Shown here one piece after another: positions 40,228-50,078 of a stretch of 64,000 nucleotides of DNA (the first letter of the stretch is position 1; each line of letters begins with the position of its first letter). Source of the DNA: an uncultured Chloroflexia bacterium (GTDB lineage Bacteria; Chloroflexota; UBA6077; JACCZL01). Location of the stretch: positions 32,001 through 96,000 of the forward strand of contig CAVXYC010000002.1 in NCBI GenBank assembly GCA_963765765.1, read 5' to 3'. The position numbers and the translations under genes were made by a program. The notes beneath the pieces were generated by a model. The model was given only the letters and a program-made list of their open reading frames with translations. It ran no database searches and had not been told where the DNA came from.

Positions 40228-40998
40228 ATGTGGAATACGTTCTCGACTGACGCCGTCCCCGGCATTAATTCCCGGTTGGTGACCATGTCGAGCATGATGG
40301 GCGACGAGATCAATGCCTACCTGGCGCGGCAGGATGGTCCCGGGCCGTATCCCGGAGTAGTACTTATCCCTCACGACGGCGGCTTTGATGAAATTCTCTT
40401 CGAGTATGCCGGCCGCTTTGCGATGCACGGCTTCACAACGATCGTGCCAAACATCTTCGCACGCTACGGTCACGGCGCGCCGGATGATGTGACGGCGCGC
40501 GCTCGAACGGATGATGGACTTGGTGACGATACTGTCGTCGCTGACGCGCATGGGGCGCTTCGCTACCTGAATGCCTTGCCCAACAGCAATGGAAAGGTTG
40601 GTGTGATTGGCTTCTGTTCGGGCGGCAGGCACGCGGTGCTATCCGCTTCGCTCGTGCCCGAATTCAACGCGGTTGCTGACTGCTGGGGTGGCCGCGTCAT
40701 CCAGACTCCTGAACAGACCACCGCGAAGATGCCGGTCGCACCAATCGATCTCACGCCGCAGCTTAATGCGCCGATCATCGGCATTTTCGGGAACGAAGAT
40801 ATGGGGCCCAGTCCAGCCCAGGTAAACCAGCACGAGGAGGCTCTCCAGGCGGCGGGGAAGACGTACCAATTCCACCGCTATGACGGTGTAGGTCATGGCA
40901 TCTGGTACTTCGATCGCCCGAATTATCGGCAGCCGGCCGCGGCGATTGATAGCTGGAACAAGGTCGAGGACTGGTTCAACCAGTATCTCGGAGGTTAG
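40228..40998 (+). CDS. Dienelactone hydrolase family protein
   Basis: YLAR..G.GPYPGVV, GFCSGG nucleophile, ED, YDGVGH. Confidence 0.92.
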   Translation: MWNTFSTDAVPGINSRLVTMSSMMGDEINAYLARQDGPGPYPGVVLIPHDGGFDEILFEYAGRFAMHGFTTIVPNIFARYGHGAPDDVTARARTDDGLGDDTVVADAHGALRYLNALPNSNGKVGVIGFCSGGRHAVLSASLVPEFNAVADCWGGRVIQTPEQTTAKMPVAPIDLTPQLNAPIIGIFGNEDMGPSPAQVNQHEEALQAAGKTYQFHRYDGVGHGIWYFDRPNYRQPAAAIDSWNKVEDWFNQYLGG

Positions 40999-41102
40999 AC
41001 GTAGTAATGCTCTGGTAGTGGCGCACACTGCGCCTCACGAGCGCGACTCGTTGATACACTGAAGCATGCCAGGCGGCGACTCGCCGCGGGCATGCTTCTT
41101 TC

Positions 41103-42741
41103 ATGTCTGACACACCAACATCTCGGCCCATTGAGTTCGAGACCTCGCCTGACCGCTACCGTCATTGGACGCTCAGCGTTGACGGCGATGTGGCCCGGCT
41201 GACGCTTGACGTCGATCGATTTGGCGGGCTTGATCCGAGCATTGAGCTCAAAGGCAACTCGTACGATCTGAGCGTCGATATTGAGCTTGCCGACGCCGTC
41301 CAGCGACTGCGTTTCGAGCATCCGGAAGTCTGCGCGGTGGTGATTGGATCCGCGGACGAGCGCATTTTCTGTTCGGGAGCCAACATTCATGCGTTGGCAC
41401 GAGCCTCCCATGCACACAAGGTGAACTTCTGCAAGTTCACCAACGAAACGCGCTTGTTTATTGAGGAGGCCAGCGCGGAAGCTGGCCAACACTACATCGC
41501 CGCTTGCAATGGTGCTACGGCTGGCGGCGGCTACGAGCTGGCGCTGGCGTGCGACGAGATCGTCTTGAAGGATGATGGCTTCTCTGCCGTGAGTCTGCCC
41601 GAGGTTCCGCTTCTGGGCGTGCTGCCCGGTACCGGCGGGTTAACTCGCCTCGTGGACAAGAGACGCGTGCGCCCTGACTTGATCGATCGATTCGCAACCC
41701 TGGCTGAAGGCATTCGCGGCAAGCGGGCGCTGGAGTGGCGCCTGGTGGATCATCTCGCGTCACGCAGCCAATTTGACCAGGTTATCGACGAACGGATCGA
41801 GGCGGCGCGGGCGCGGGAGCGCGATACGCTTCCTCGGCGGGGCATCGTGCTCGATCCTCTAGATCCCGATGTTACCGAGCAAACCGTGACCTACCGGTAT
41901 GTGGATCTCCTGCTCGATCCCGGCGGTCGAAGCGCAAGTCTTACCGTTTCAGGTCCCGGCCCGTCAGAGTCTGAATTATTCGGTACTGTTGATTGGTGGC
42001 CTTTGCGCATGGCCCGCGAGCTCGACGACGCCCTGCTCCGTCTGCGCTTCAACGCACCTGAGATCGGGCTGATCGTCCTACGGACCCGTGGAAATCAAGA
42101 GTCCGCGGCGGCGATCGGCAATCAGCTCGCCGCGGGCGACGCCGATTGGTTCACGCGGGAAACGCGACTCCACCTGGGTCGAGTCCTCCGTCGCCTCGAC
42201 TTAACTGCCCGCAGCACATTTGCCGCGGTTGATGAAGGCTCGTGTTTTGCAGGGCCCTTGTTTGAGCTGTTATTGGCGTCCGACCGCGCGTATGTACTCG
42301 ACGTACCGAGCATTGAGGCCTGGCCGCCGGCTTTCCGCAGGCAGCCTCCCGAAATGGAATGGGCTGGGGCGACTTGAAGCTCGGTATTTGGGCGAGCCTG
42401 GAGTCGCGGACGATATCCTCGAGTTGAGTCGCAAAGGACCCATCGATGCAATGCAGCTCGAGGAGCTGGGGCTGGCCACGGAGTGCTGGGATGAGCTGGA
42501 TTTCGATGATGGGCTCCGACTTGCGATCGAGGAGCGCGCCAGCCTTTCTCCAGACGCGCTGACGGGCATGGAGGCGTCCACCCGGTTCGCGGGGCCCGAG
42601 ACGATGGCTACTCGAATTTTCGGCCGACTGTCCGCCTGGCAAAACTGGGTATTTCGGGGCGCCAACGCTACCGGCGAGATGGGCGCGCTTTCCGTGTACG
42701 GCAAACCAGAGCGCCCGCGATTCGATTTCACGAGAACCTGA
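41103..42741 (+). CDS. boxC: 2,3-epoxybenzoyl-CoA dihydrolase BoxC (frameshifted)
   Basis: F.T.P.RYRHW, NSYDL.VDIELADAVQRLRFEHPEV, HAHKVNFCKFTNETR; C-terminal SPDALTGMEA..RF.GPETM.TRIFGRLSAWQNW.F. Confidence 0.93.
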
Positions 42742-42787
42742 CAGAGGTACGACGAGCGACGGGGAGTATCCTTCACTCATCACTCCC

Positions 42788-44190
42788 ATGACTGATCTCT
42801 CAACGATTCCCAACAACGTAGATCTCGACTCGGACGCGCGACTACAACGCGCCCTGAAGCAGTGGCAGCCCAACTTCCTGCAGTGGTGGATGGACGTTGG
42901 ACCGCGCGGGTGGCAGGGGCACGATATCTACCTGCGCACCGCGGTGAGTGTGGAGCCAGGCGGTTGGGCGCACTGGGACTACGTGAAGATGCCGGAATAC
43001 CGGTGGGGCATTTTCCTCACGCCCTCATCCGGCGATCGGTGCATCAACTTCGGCGACGATGCCGGGCAGCCAGCCTGGGATGACGTGCCGGGCGAGCATC
43101 GCAACACACTCAGGCGCATCATCATTACCCAGGGAGATACTGAGCCGGCGTCCGTTGAGCAGCAAGCGCTGCTCGGCCGCACCGCGCCCTCGCTCTACGA
43201 TCTGCGAAACCTCTTCCAGGTAAACGTTGAGGAGGGGCGGCATCTCTGGGCCATGGTCTATTTGCTCCATCGCTACTTTGGCCGCGATGGACGCGAAGAA
43301 GCCGAGATGCTGCTGGAGCGTCGCTCGGGCGACGTCGACAAGCCGCGCATTCTGACCACGTTCAACGAGCCGATCGACGATTGGCTCTCCTTCTTCATGT
43401 TCACGATGTTCACCGATCGAGACGGTAAGTATCAGCTTGCTTCGCTGGCGGAGAGCGGCTTTTCGCCCCTGGCGCGCACCACCTCGTTCATGCTGACTGA
43501 AGAAGCGCACCACATGTTCGTCGGGGAGTCGGGCGTCGATCGAATTGTCCAGCGTACCGCCGAGCTTATGGAGGCGGGAACCGACCCGCGCTCCGCTGGG
43601 GCTCTGGACCTTGCGACGATTCAGCGATATCTCAATCGCTGGTACAGCCTCTCATTGGATCTCTTCGGTGGGGAGATCAGCTCGAACGCCGCCGACTATT
43701 TCGCCGCGGGTTTGAAGGGGCGGTATCGGGAAGCCGACGAGTATCCGAGCATCGAGCGCTTGATGAGGTCTATTCGATCGATGTGTTGGCCGATGGCCTG
43801 CTTACATCTCGAGACGTGCCCGCGCGCAATGCGATGAACGCGACGCTCCAGGATGCCTACATTCGCGATTCCGAGCGCGCCGTATCACGATGGAACGCCA
43901 CGCTCTCGCGGCATCATGTCAGCGAGCGGATCGAGCTACCCAGCCGGCGCTTCAATCGCCGAGTTGGACTCTATGCCGATGCGCGCTTCGATCGTCACGG
44001 AAACACTGTGAACGAGGCGGATTGGGTTCAAGGGCAGCATGAATGGCTGCCCAGTCCGGACGATGAGGCCTATGTCCGATCGCTCATGCAGCCGGTCTAT
44101 GAACCAGGCCAGGTCGCTGGCTGGATAGCGCCGCCGGCCAAAGGCATCGACGGACGGCCGTTGGACTTCAAGTACGTCGTAATCGCGTAG
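42788..44190 (+). CDS. boxB: Benzoyl-CoA 2,3-epoxidase subunit BoxB (frameshifted)
   Basis: IPNNVDL, QGDTEPASVEQQ, VNVEEGRHLWAM, DRDGK.QL, EEAHHM diiron motifs; C-terminal AGWIAPPA.GI in 43783..44190. Confidence 0.95.
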
Positions 44191-44309
44191 TCCTGGGACG
44201 GCGGTCCCAGGAAGAGCGGTACAATCCTCGCAAGAGTCGTCGCGAAGCTTGTAGAACCACACCGGTAGCGCCGGTGACGCCGCTTCCATCCAGAAGGGAA
44301 ACACGTTCC

Positions 44310-45641
44310 ATGCTCTCCAAAGCTGATACCGAGACACTTTCCCGCATCGGACCGGGGACGCTCATGGGCGACCTCATGCGCCAGTACTGGCACCCCGTGC
44401 TTTATGGCTGGGAGATTCAGCCCGACGGCGAGCCCGTGCGAGTACGCGTACTGGGCGAGGATCTCATCGCATTTCGCGATAGCGAGGGCCGTCCGTCATT
44501 CGTGGCCGAGAATTGCCCGCATCGCGGCGCTTCGCTCTTCTTCGGACGCAATGAGGAGCAGGGACTGCGCTGCGTCTATCACGGCTGGAAGTTCGATACC
44601 TCCGGCGCATGCGTGGACATGCCCAATGAGCCACCGGAGTCCAACTTCAAGCACAAGGTGCGCGTCACGGCGTATCGCGCTGAGGACCACGGTGACGTCG
44701 TCTGGATCTATATGGGGCCGCGCCAGGCCAATCCGCCAGGGGTGCCCCAGCTCGAATGGGCGACAGTACCGTCGGAGCAGCGAAAGCACCTCTTCAAGGG
44801 TATCTATCACGCCAATTGGGCACAGGTATTCGAAGGTGAGGTTGATACCTCACACGTGTACTTCTTACACAGCCGCGTGCGCCCCGAAGATTCGCCGCAA
44901 TTTGGTCTCTACCATCCTGATCGGTCACCAAAGCTGGACATTCTTGAGACGGACCTGGGGCTGATGTACGGAGCGCGCCGCCAGGAAGGCGACGGCACCA
45001 TCTACTGGCGGACTACCCAGATCCTGTTCCCGGGTATGGCGCTCTTCCCAGGCCAGGCGGACGGTACAGGCAATATTCACATGTACACACCGATTGATGA
45101 CACGCACACGCTCCACTGGGGTGTGCACTGGCATCCAACCCGCGTGATCCCCGGCGAGCGTACACTGTCGCAGGAGATGTCCAAGATTCCGGACCATCAG
45201 GGCCTTGGTCCAATGCGCAAGGACATGATCGGCAAGCCATTTGCCAATTGGTGGCCGGTGGCTGGGCCGGACAACGACTTCATGCTGGACCGTGAGACGC
45301 AGAAGACCGGTAGCTTTACGGGCGTTCCGACGATCCGAATCCAGGATGGCGCCATGTTCTGGAGCATGGGGCCGATCATGGATCGCACCAAGGAGCATCT
45401 TGGTACCGCTGACGCGGCGGTCATCCGAGCGCGTCGACGATTTATCAAGATGGCCAGGGATCTCCGCGAGCATGGAACCGTCCCGGCTGGCGTGGATGCG
45501 CCAGAGCTGTGGAAGCAGCGCTCCTGCCAAACGTGGCTGGATGCTGAGACGAACTGGAAAGAGACGCTCGCCGACTGGCACGCGGCTCGATCAGACGTGC
45601 TTCCCAGCGTGCGCGGAGCTGCGCCTCCGTCCGTGTATTAG
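44310..45641 (+). CDS. Rieske non-heme iron oxygenase alpha subunit (phthalate dioxygenase-like), paralog 2
   Basis: CPHRG, CVYHGWKFD, EGEVDTSHVYFLH, IQD, EHLGTADAAVI..RRR. Confidence 0.9.
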   Translation: MLSKADTETLSRIGPGTLMGDLMRQYWHPVLYGWEIQPDGEPVRVRVLGEDLIAFRDSEGRPSFVAENCPHRGASLFFGRNEEQGLRCVYHGWKFDTSGACVDMPNEPPESNFKHKVRVTAYRAEDHGDVVWIYMGPRQANPPGVPQLEWATVPSEQRKHLFKGIYHANWAQVFEGEVDTSHVYFLHSRVRPEDSPQFGLYHPDRSPKLDILETDLGLMYGARRQEGDGTIYWRTTQILFPGMALFPGQADGTGNIHMYTPIDDTHTLHWGVHWHPTRVIPGERTLSQEMSKIPDHQGLGPMRKDMIGKPFANWWPVAGPDNDFMLDRETQKTGSFTGVPTIRIQDGAMFWSMGPIMDRTKEHLGTADAAVIRARRRFIKMARDLREHGTVPAGVDAPELWKQRSCQTWLDAETNWKETLADWHAARSDVLPSVRGAAPPSVY

Positions 45642-45669
45642 GCTCTCTTGGGTGAGGGATTTCTAGATA

Positions 45670-45768
45670 CCCTCACCCTAGCCCTCTCCCAACGGGAGAC
45701 GGAGTTTCTGCCGCCAACGATGCTCTCAAGCCCACTTCCCTCTCCCGCTGGGGAGGGTTAGGTGAGGG
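45670..45768. repeat. CCCTCACCC/CCCTCTCCC-type inverted repeat
   Basis: ccctcaccctagccctctccc ... gggagggttaggtgaggg. Confidence 0.75.
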
Positions 45769-45781
45769 CAGGTCGAATGCT

Positions 45782-45925
45782 GATGCGACGGGCCGAACGC
45801 TGTTTTTCGCAGGCGAGGCGGTGGGCGGCAAAGTCAATGGTGATCTGCGTGGGGGCACCGTGCTGGCGGCGCTACTAAGCGGCCAGGCCGCCGCTGACAG
45901 GGTCGAGGAAGCCTCAAAATCGTAA
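45782..45925 (+). pseudogene. C-terminal remnant of flavin (mono)amine oxidase family gene
   Basis: DATGRTLFFAGEA....GGTVLAALLSGQAAADRV* matches the amine oxidase C-terminal FAD motif; no upstream body. Confidence 0.6.
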
Positions 45926-46006
45926 TAGGCACGTAGTGAGCGCAAATATTCTCCGTGAGAGCCACGCCGCCGGTCTCCTGTTACACTGCCTGCCAAACAC
46001 GATGAG

Positions 46007-46432
46007 GTGAGCAGGGTGTACCAGAGACCCCTTCTTGATGTTGCCGACGCGATGGCGGCGGTGGAGGCGATGATCGCCGCCGCGCCGGGCCAGGCGGAGA
46101 ATCCAATGGCCGTTGCGGTCACGGACCAGTATGGCGATTTACTGGGCTTTGCCCGCATGGATGGCGCCACGCCGTTTGCGTGCCAGAACGCGGTCAGCAA
46201 GGCGTATACGGCGTCTCGAATGCAGATTGACGTGCGCGAGCTGTCTGATCGGCTGCGCGCCCAGGGGCGCAGCATCACCGAGCTGGCCGACCCCAAGCTC
46301 GTGGGAGCACTGGGCGGCGGTGTAGTGATCATTTCGCGTGAGCAAGTGGTGGGCGGCATCGGGGTTAGCGGCGGTGCTCCGGATCAAGATGAGGCAGTGG
46401 CGCAGGCCGGCCGCAACGCGCTGAGGTTGTGA
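46007..46432 (+). CDS. GlcG/HbpS-family heme-binding protein
   Basis: AVAVTD..G.L..FARMDGA, A.SKAYTA, GGIGVSGG.PDQDE.VA. Confidence 0.88.
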   Translation: MSRVYQRPLLDVADAMAAVEAMIAAAPGQAENPMAVAVTDQYGDLLGFARMDGATPFACQNAVSKAYTASRMQIDVRELSDRLRAQGRSITELADPKLVGALGGGVVIISREQVVGGIGVSGGAPDQDEAVAQAGRNALRL

Positions 46433-46439
46433 GGTAGAC

Positions 46440-46874
46440 ATGCAACAGCGAACCTATCTCGGACTCAGCGAATCCATGGCCGCTCTCAAGGCGATGCAGC
46501 AGGCGGCGCGCGAACAGCCAGGCCGTCCCGTTGCCCTCGTCGTTGTGGATCATCACGGCGATACCATTGCTTTCTCTTGTGAGGCCGGGGCAAATCCGGC
46601 CCTGGCGCGGCAAAACGCGTTCAAGAAGGCCTATACCTCAGCCTGCATGCGAGTGCATGGGATGGACTTTGCCAAGCGCCTGGAGTCTTCCGGCATGGAA
46701 GTGATGGATTTCGGAAATCCAAACTTCACCTCAGGCGGCGGTGGCATGGTAGTGGCGCAGGCCAATGGGCTGATCCTGGGTGGCGTGGGTGTTAGCGGTC
46801 GCGCAGACCACGAAGATCAGGCCATTGCCGAAATCGGTCTTGCAGCGCTCAAAGCGGCCGCGGGAATCGAGTAG
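46440..46874 (+). CDS. GlcG/HbpS-family heme-binding protein (tandem paralog)
   Basis: VALVVVD..G, A.KKAYTSA, GGVGVSG...ED..IA..G. Confidence 0.88.
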   Translation: MQQRTYLGLSESMAALKAMQQAAREQPGRPVALVVVDHHGDTIAFSCEAGANPALARQNAFKKAYTSACMRVHGMDFAKRLESSGMEVMDFGNPNFTSGGGGMVVAQANGLILGGVGVSGRADHEDQAIAEIGLAALKAAAGIE

Positions 46875-46885
46875 ACGGCGAGGGA

Positions 46886-46955
46886 AGTGAAGAGTGAAAA
46901 GTTAGGAGTGAGACGGGCTGAGTTGTCGATTCTTACTCTAAACTCTTCACTCTTA
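46886..46955. repeat. Heptamer inverted array
   Basis: agtgaag-agtgaaa-agttagg-agtgag ... cttact-ctaaact-cttcact-ctt. Confidence 0.65.
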
Positions 46956-47067
46956 ACCAGCTAAACCAGTTCGTTGACACCCTCCCGGGTCGGCCCTATG
47001 ATCCTGGAACGATTCGGCCATCGTTCGGCGGATCCAGCAGTGTCCTCTGAGGCGCAAGGAGCCCGAC

Positions 47068-48234
47068 ATGTTCCATTTCTCGAGCTATCCGGTGAATCGT
47101 TGGCGGCGAACGCTGCCAATGATTTGCGTCGCGGTCCTCGCATTGGCTTCCGCCTGCGCACCGGGTCCAAGTGCTTCTCCAGCGCCCACAAGCGCCCCCG
47201 CTAAAGACGCTCCCGCCGCAAAGGACGCGTCAGCGGCCAAACCGACCTCAGCATCAGCCGCGGCGGCGCCAACCACCGCACCGGCACCTAAGCCTGCTGC
47301 AAAGAAGACGCTCACCTATCCGGCCGTGGGTGGCGGTATTTTATGGTCGTTCGCTCCGAACCTGGTCGCCCAGGCCAAAGGGATGTTTGAGGCCGAGAAT
47401 CTGGAGGTCAACTTCGTAGCGCTCCAATCCTCTGCCGAAGGTTGCCAAAATCTCATCGCTCGCGCCGCGGAGATGGGACAGTGCTCGCTCAACGACATGA
47501 TCCAGGTGGTGGAGACGAGCGGCGCTCCACTCATCGAGTTCATGGCGTTCTTCGAACACATCGATTCAGTACGCCATCATGGCCAAAAGGGCATTAGCAC
47601 GTGGCTGACACTCAAGGGTAAGTCAGTCATGGTAGGCGGTCCGAAAGACAACACGGTCTTCTTTTTCCGCACCATGGCCCGGGCCAATGGACTCCAGGAC
47701 AACGACTACGATTTCCAGTTCGCTGGGGCAAGTGCCGCGCGATTTGCCGCGCTCAAGTCAGGCGCGATCGACGCGACGATTCTGACCGATCCGTTTGACT
47801 TTCAGGCAGAGCAGGAAGGGTTCCCCAAGCTGGACGTACTCCTCCCGAAGTACCTGAACGAGAACACCTACTCCGGTGGTGGACCGGCGGTCAGGCGTGA
47901 CTGGGCCAACGATCATCCCGAGGAGATCATTAGCTTCATTCGCGCGGTCAACAAGGCCACCGCATGGATCTACGATCCGGCCAACAAGCAGGAGCTCTTC
48001 GCGATCATGGGGCCTAAGCTCAACGCGACCCCGGAGAATCTGGAGCGCTCGTATCAGCGCGACGTCGTTGATTTCAAGGCCTGGTCCGTGGACGGTCGCA
48101 TCAAGGAATCCGCGGTCCAGGGAGTTCTGAATTCGATTCTGGAGCTAGGGAATCTCAGTGCGCCGCTTCCCCCACCAACCAAGTTCTACGACATGACCTG
48201 GGTGGAGCGAGCTCACCAGACCGCCGGCCGCTGA
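47068..48234 (+). CDS. NitT/TauT-family ABC substrate-binding lipoprotein
   Basis: LASAC lipobox, Pro/Ala linker, LKGK, ARFAALKSGAIDA; probable compensating frameshifts near 47550-47600. Confidence 0.85.
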   Translation: MFHFSSYPVNRWRRTLPMICVAVLALASACAPGPSASPAPTSAPAKDAPAAKDASAAKPTSASAAAAPTTAPAPKPAAKKTLTYPAVGGGILWSFAPNLVAQAKGMFEAENLEVNFVALQSSAEGCQNLIARAAEMGQCSLNDMIQVVETSGAPLIEFMAFFEHIDSVRHHGQKGISTWLTLKGKSVMVGGPKDNTVFFFRTMARANGLQDNDYDFQFAGASAARFAALKSGAIDATILTDPFDFQAEQEGFPKLDVLLPKYLNENTYSGGGPAVRRDWANDHPEEIISFIRAVNKATAWIYDPANKQELFAIMGPKLNATPENLERSYQRDVVDFKAWSVDGRIKESAVQGVLNSILELGNLSAPLPPPTKFYDMTWVERAHQTAGR

Positions 48235-48345
48235 TCCGCGGTTGTGGCGACTCTCAGCCGACTGCAGCCATCGATTCCGACTGAAACAAAAGGAAGGTGC
48301 AACTGGCATGACCTTTTACGAATCGCGTAAGCGGGAGCGCTATCA

Positions 48346-49182
48346 ATGAGCTCCACCGGTGCACCTGCCGACTTCGGTCGCCGCAGCGGTTCGACACCCG
48401 GCACGACGAGCCGCTGGGAGGAGTTCGGGATCCGCTATGGCGGCGCGCTGTCGGGCATCATTTCTCTGACAATCGGCTTCGCGATCTGGGAGTTTGTGGC
48501 CCAGTTCATCGTGCGCGACAAGCTATTCCTGGTAGCGCCGAGCGCTATCGTCGTCCGCTTTGGGGAGCTCTGGAGGACGGGCGACATTCAGAACCACATG
48601 CTCGTGAGCGGCCTGGAGTTCGTTCTCGGCTTTCTGGCCGCGGCTGTCGTTGGCATAGCGTTTGGTCTGCTCATGGGCACCAGCGCACGCTCGCGCGCCG
48701 CGCTCTCGCCCTGGGTATCGGCGATCTACGCCACACCGCTTGTGGCGCTCTCGCCACTGCTCATACTCTGGTTCGGCCTGGGGCTCATGTCGAAGGTCGT
48801 CGTGGTGTTCGCCGTGGCGGTATTCCCAATCCTGGTCAACACCCAGACCGGTATCGAGAGTGTGGATGAGAAGCTGCTCGAGACGGCCCGGGCCTTTGGC
48901 GCCAAGCAACGGCAGCTCTTCACCAAAGTGCTGCTGCCGGGCGCGGTGCCGTTTATCGTGGCTGGACTGCGTCTTGGCATTGGCCGCGGTCTGGTGGGCG
49001 TGGTCGTGGGGGAGCTGTTTGGCGCACGCGCGGGCGTGGGTTATTTGATCACTGTGTCAAGTCAGATCTTTGATATGGGCGCGCTCTTCGCGGCCGCGCT
49101 CATTCTTGCCATCGCCGGTGTGATAAGTACTGAGGCCATCCGATACATTGAGCGCAAAGTTGCGCCGTGGCGCTGGGCGTAG
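48346..49182 (+). CDS. NitT/TauT-family ABC permease
   Basis: P.VAL.PLLILWFG.G, LETARAFGA, LPGA.P.I.AGLR. Confidence 0.92.
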   Translation: MSSTGAPADFGRRSGSTPGTTSRWEEFGIRYGGALSGIISLTIGFAIWEFVAQFIVRDKLFLVAPSAIVVRFGELWRTGDIQNHMLVSGLEFVLGFLAAAVVGIAFGLLMGTSARSRAALSPWVSAIYATPLVALSPLLILWFGLGLMSKVVVVFAVAVFPILVNTQTGIESVDEKLLETARAFGAKQRQLFTKVLLPGAVPFIVAGLRLGIGRGLVGVVVGELFGARAGVGYLITVSSQIFDMGALFAAALILAIAGVISTEAIRYIERKVAPWRWA

Positions 49183-49194
49183 GTGAGGCAAGAC

Positions 49195-50046
49195 ATGTCA
49201 CCAGCGACATCTAAGGTTGAAGCGCGCGGACTTCAGAAGAGCTTCCGAAATCGACAGACGCGCGAAGCCATCGAGGTGCTGCGCGATATCGATGTCTCGG
49301 TGTTGCCCGGCGAGTTCCTAACGATCGTCGGCCCAAGCGGCTGCGGCAAGACCACCCTGCTGCGTATTTTCGCCGGGCTCATTCCGGCGAGCGGCGGTGA
49401 CGTCCTGTATGACGGACAGGCGATCAATGGTCCGACCATGCAGATGGGCTTCGTGTTTCAATCCGACAATCTCATGCCATGGCGCACGGTCGCGGCAAAC
49501 GTTGGCCTGGGACCGGAGCTGCGGGGTGAGGACAAGCGCAGCTTCGGCCCTCGCGTTGAGTCGTTGCTGGAGCTCGTTGGGCTGGCCGGCTTCGGCGAGT
49601 ACTACCCGCACCAGCTTTCCGGCGGGATGCGCCAGCGTGTGAATCTGGCGCGCGCCCTGGCCATCGAGCCGGACGTGCTGTTGATGGACGAGCCGTTCGC
49701 AGCGCTGGACGCGCAGACGCGCGAGATCATGCAAGATGAGCTTCTGCGCATCTGGCGCGCCACGCACAACACCGTCATCTTCATCACCCATCAAATTGAT
49801 GAGGCCGTATTTCTGGCCGATCGCCTGATGATCATGAGTGCCCGGCCAGGTCGGGTTCAGGAGCTGATTCCGATCGAGATCGAACGGCCGCGTAGCCTGG
49901 AAGTCAAGCGTGATCCGCGCTTTGTCCAGGTGGCGGATCACGTTTGGCATAGCATCGAGCGCCAGGTGCGAGCCGCGATCAAAGAAGAGCAGGAAACGCT
50001 GGTTGGCGCACGAGGGCGGCCCATGGAAGAAGTGGGACGCGAATAG
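49195..50046 (+). CDS. NitT/TauT-family ABC ATP-binding protein
   Basis: GPSGCGKTT, LSGGMRQR, LLMDEPFAALD, FITH. Confidence 0.95.
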   Translation: MSPATSKVEARGLQKSFRNRQTREAIEVLRDIDVSVLPGEFLTIVGPSGCGKTTLLRIFAGLIPASGGDVLYDGQAINGPTMQMGFVFQSDNLMPWRTVAANVGLGPELRGEDKRSFGPRVESLLELVGLAGFGEYYPHQLSGGMRQRVNLARALAIEPDVLLMDEPFAALDAQTREIMQDELLRIWRATHNTVIFITHQIDEAVFLADRLMIMSARPGRVQELIPIEIERPRSLEVKRDPRFVQVADHVWHSIERQVRAAIKEEQETLVGARGRPMEEVGRE

Positions 50047-50078
50047 AGTTTGCGGCGATAGGCCAAGGAGGTCGGAAC

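Noticed and set aside
41103-44190. Programmed ribosomal frameshifting in boxC/boxB
   Set aside because: No slippery heptamer or stimulator seen, and indels are widespread in the window, so sequencing error is more likely.
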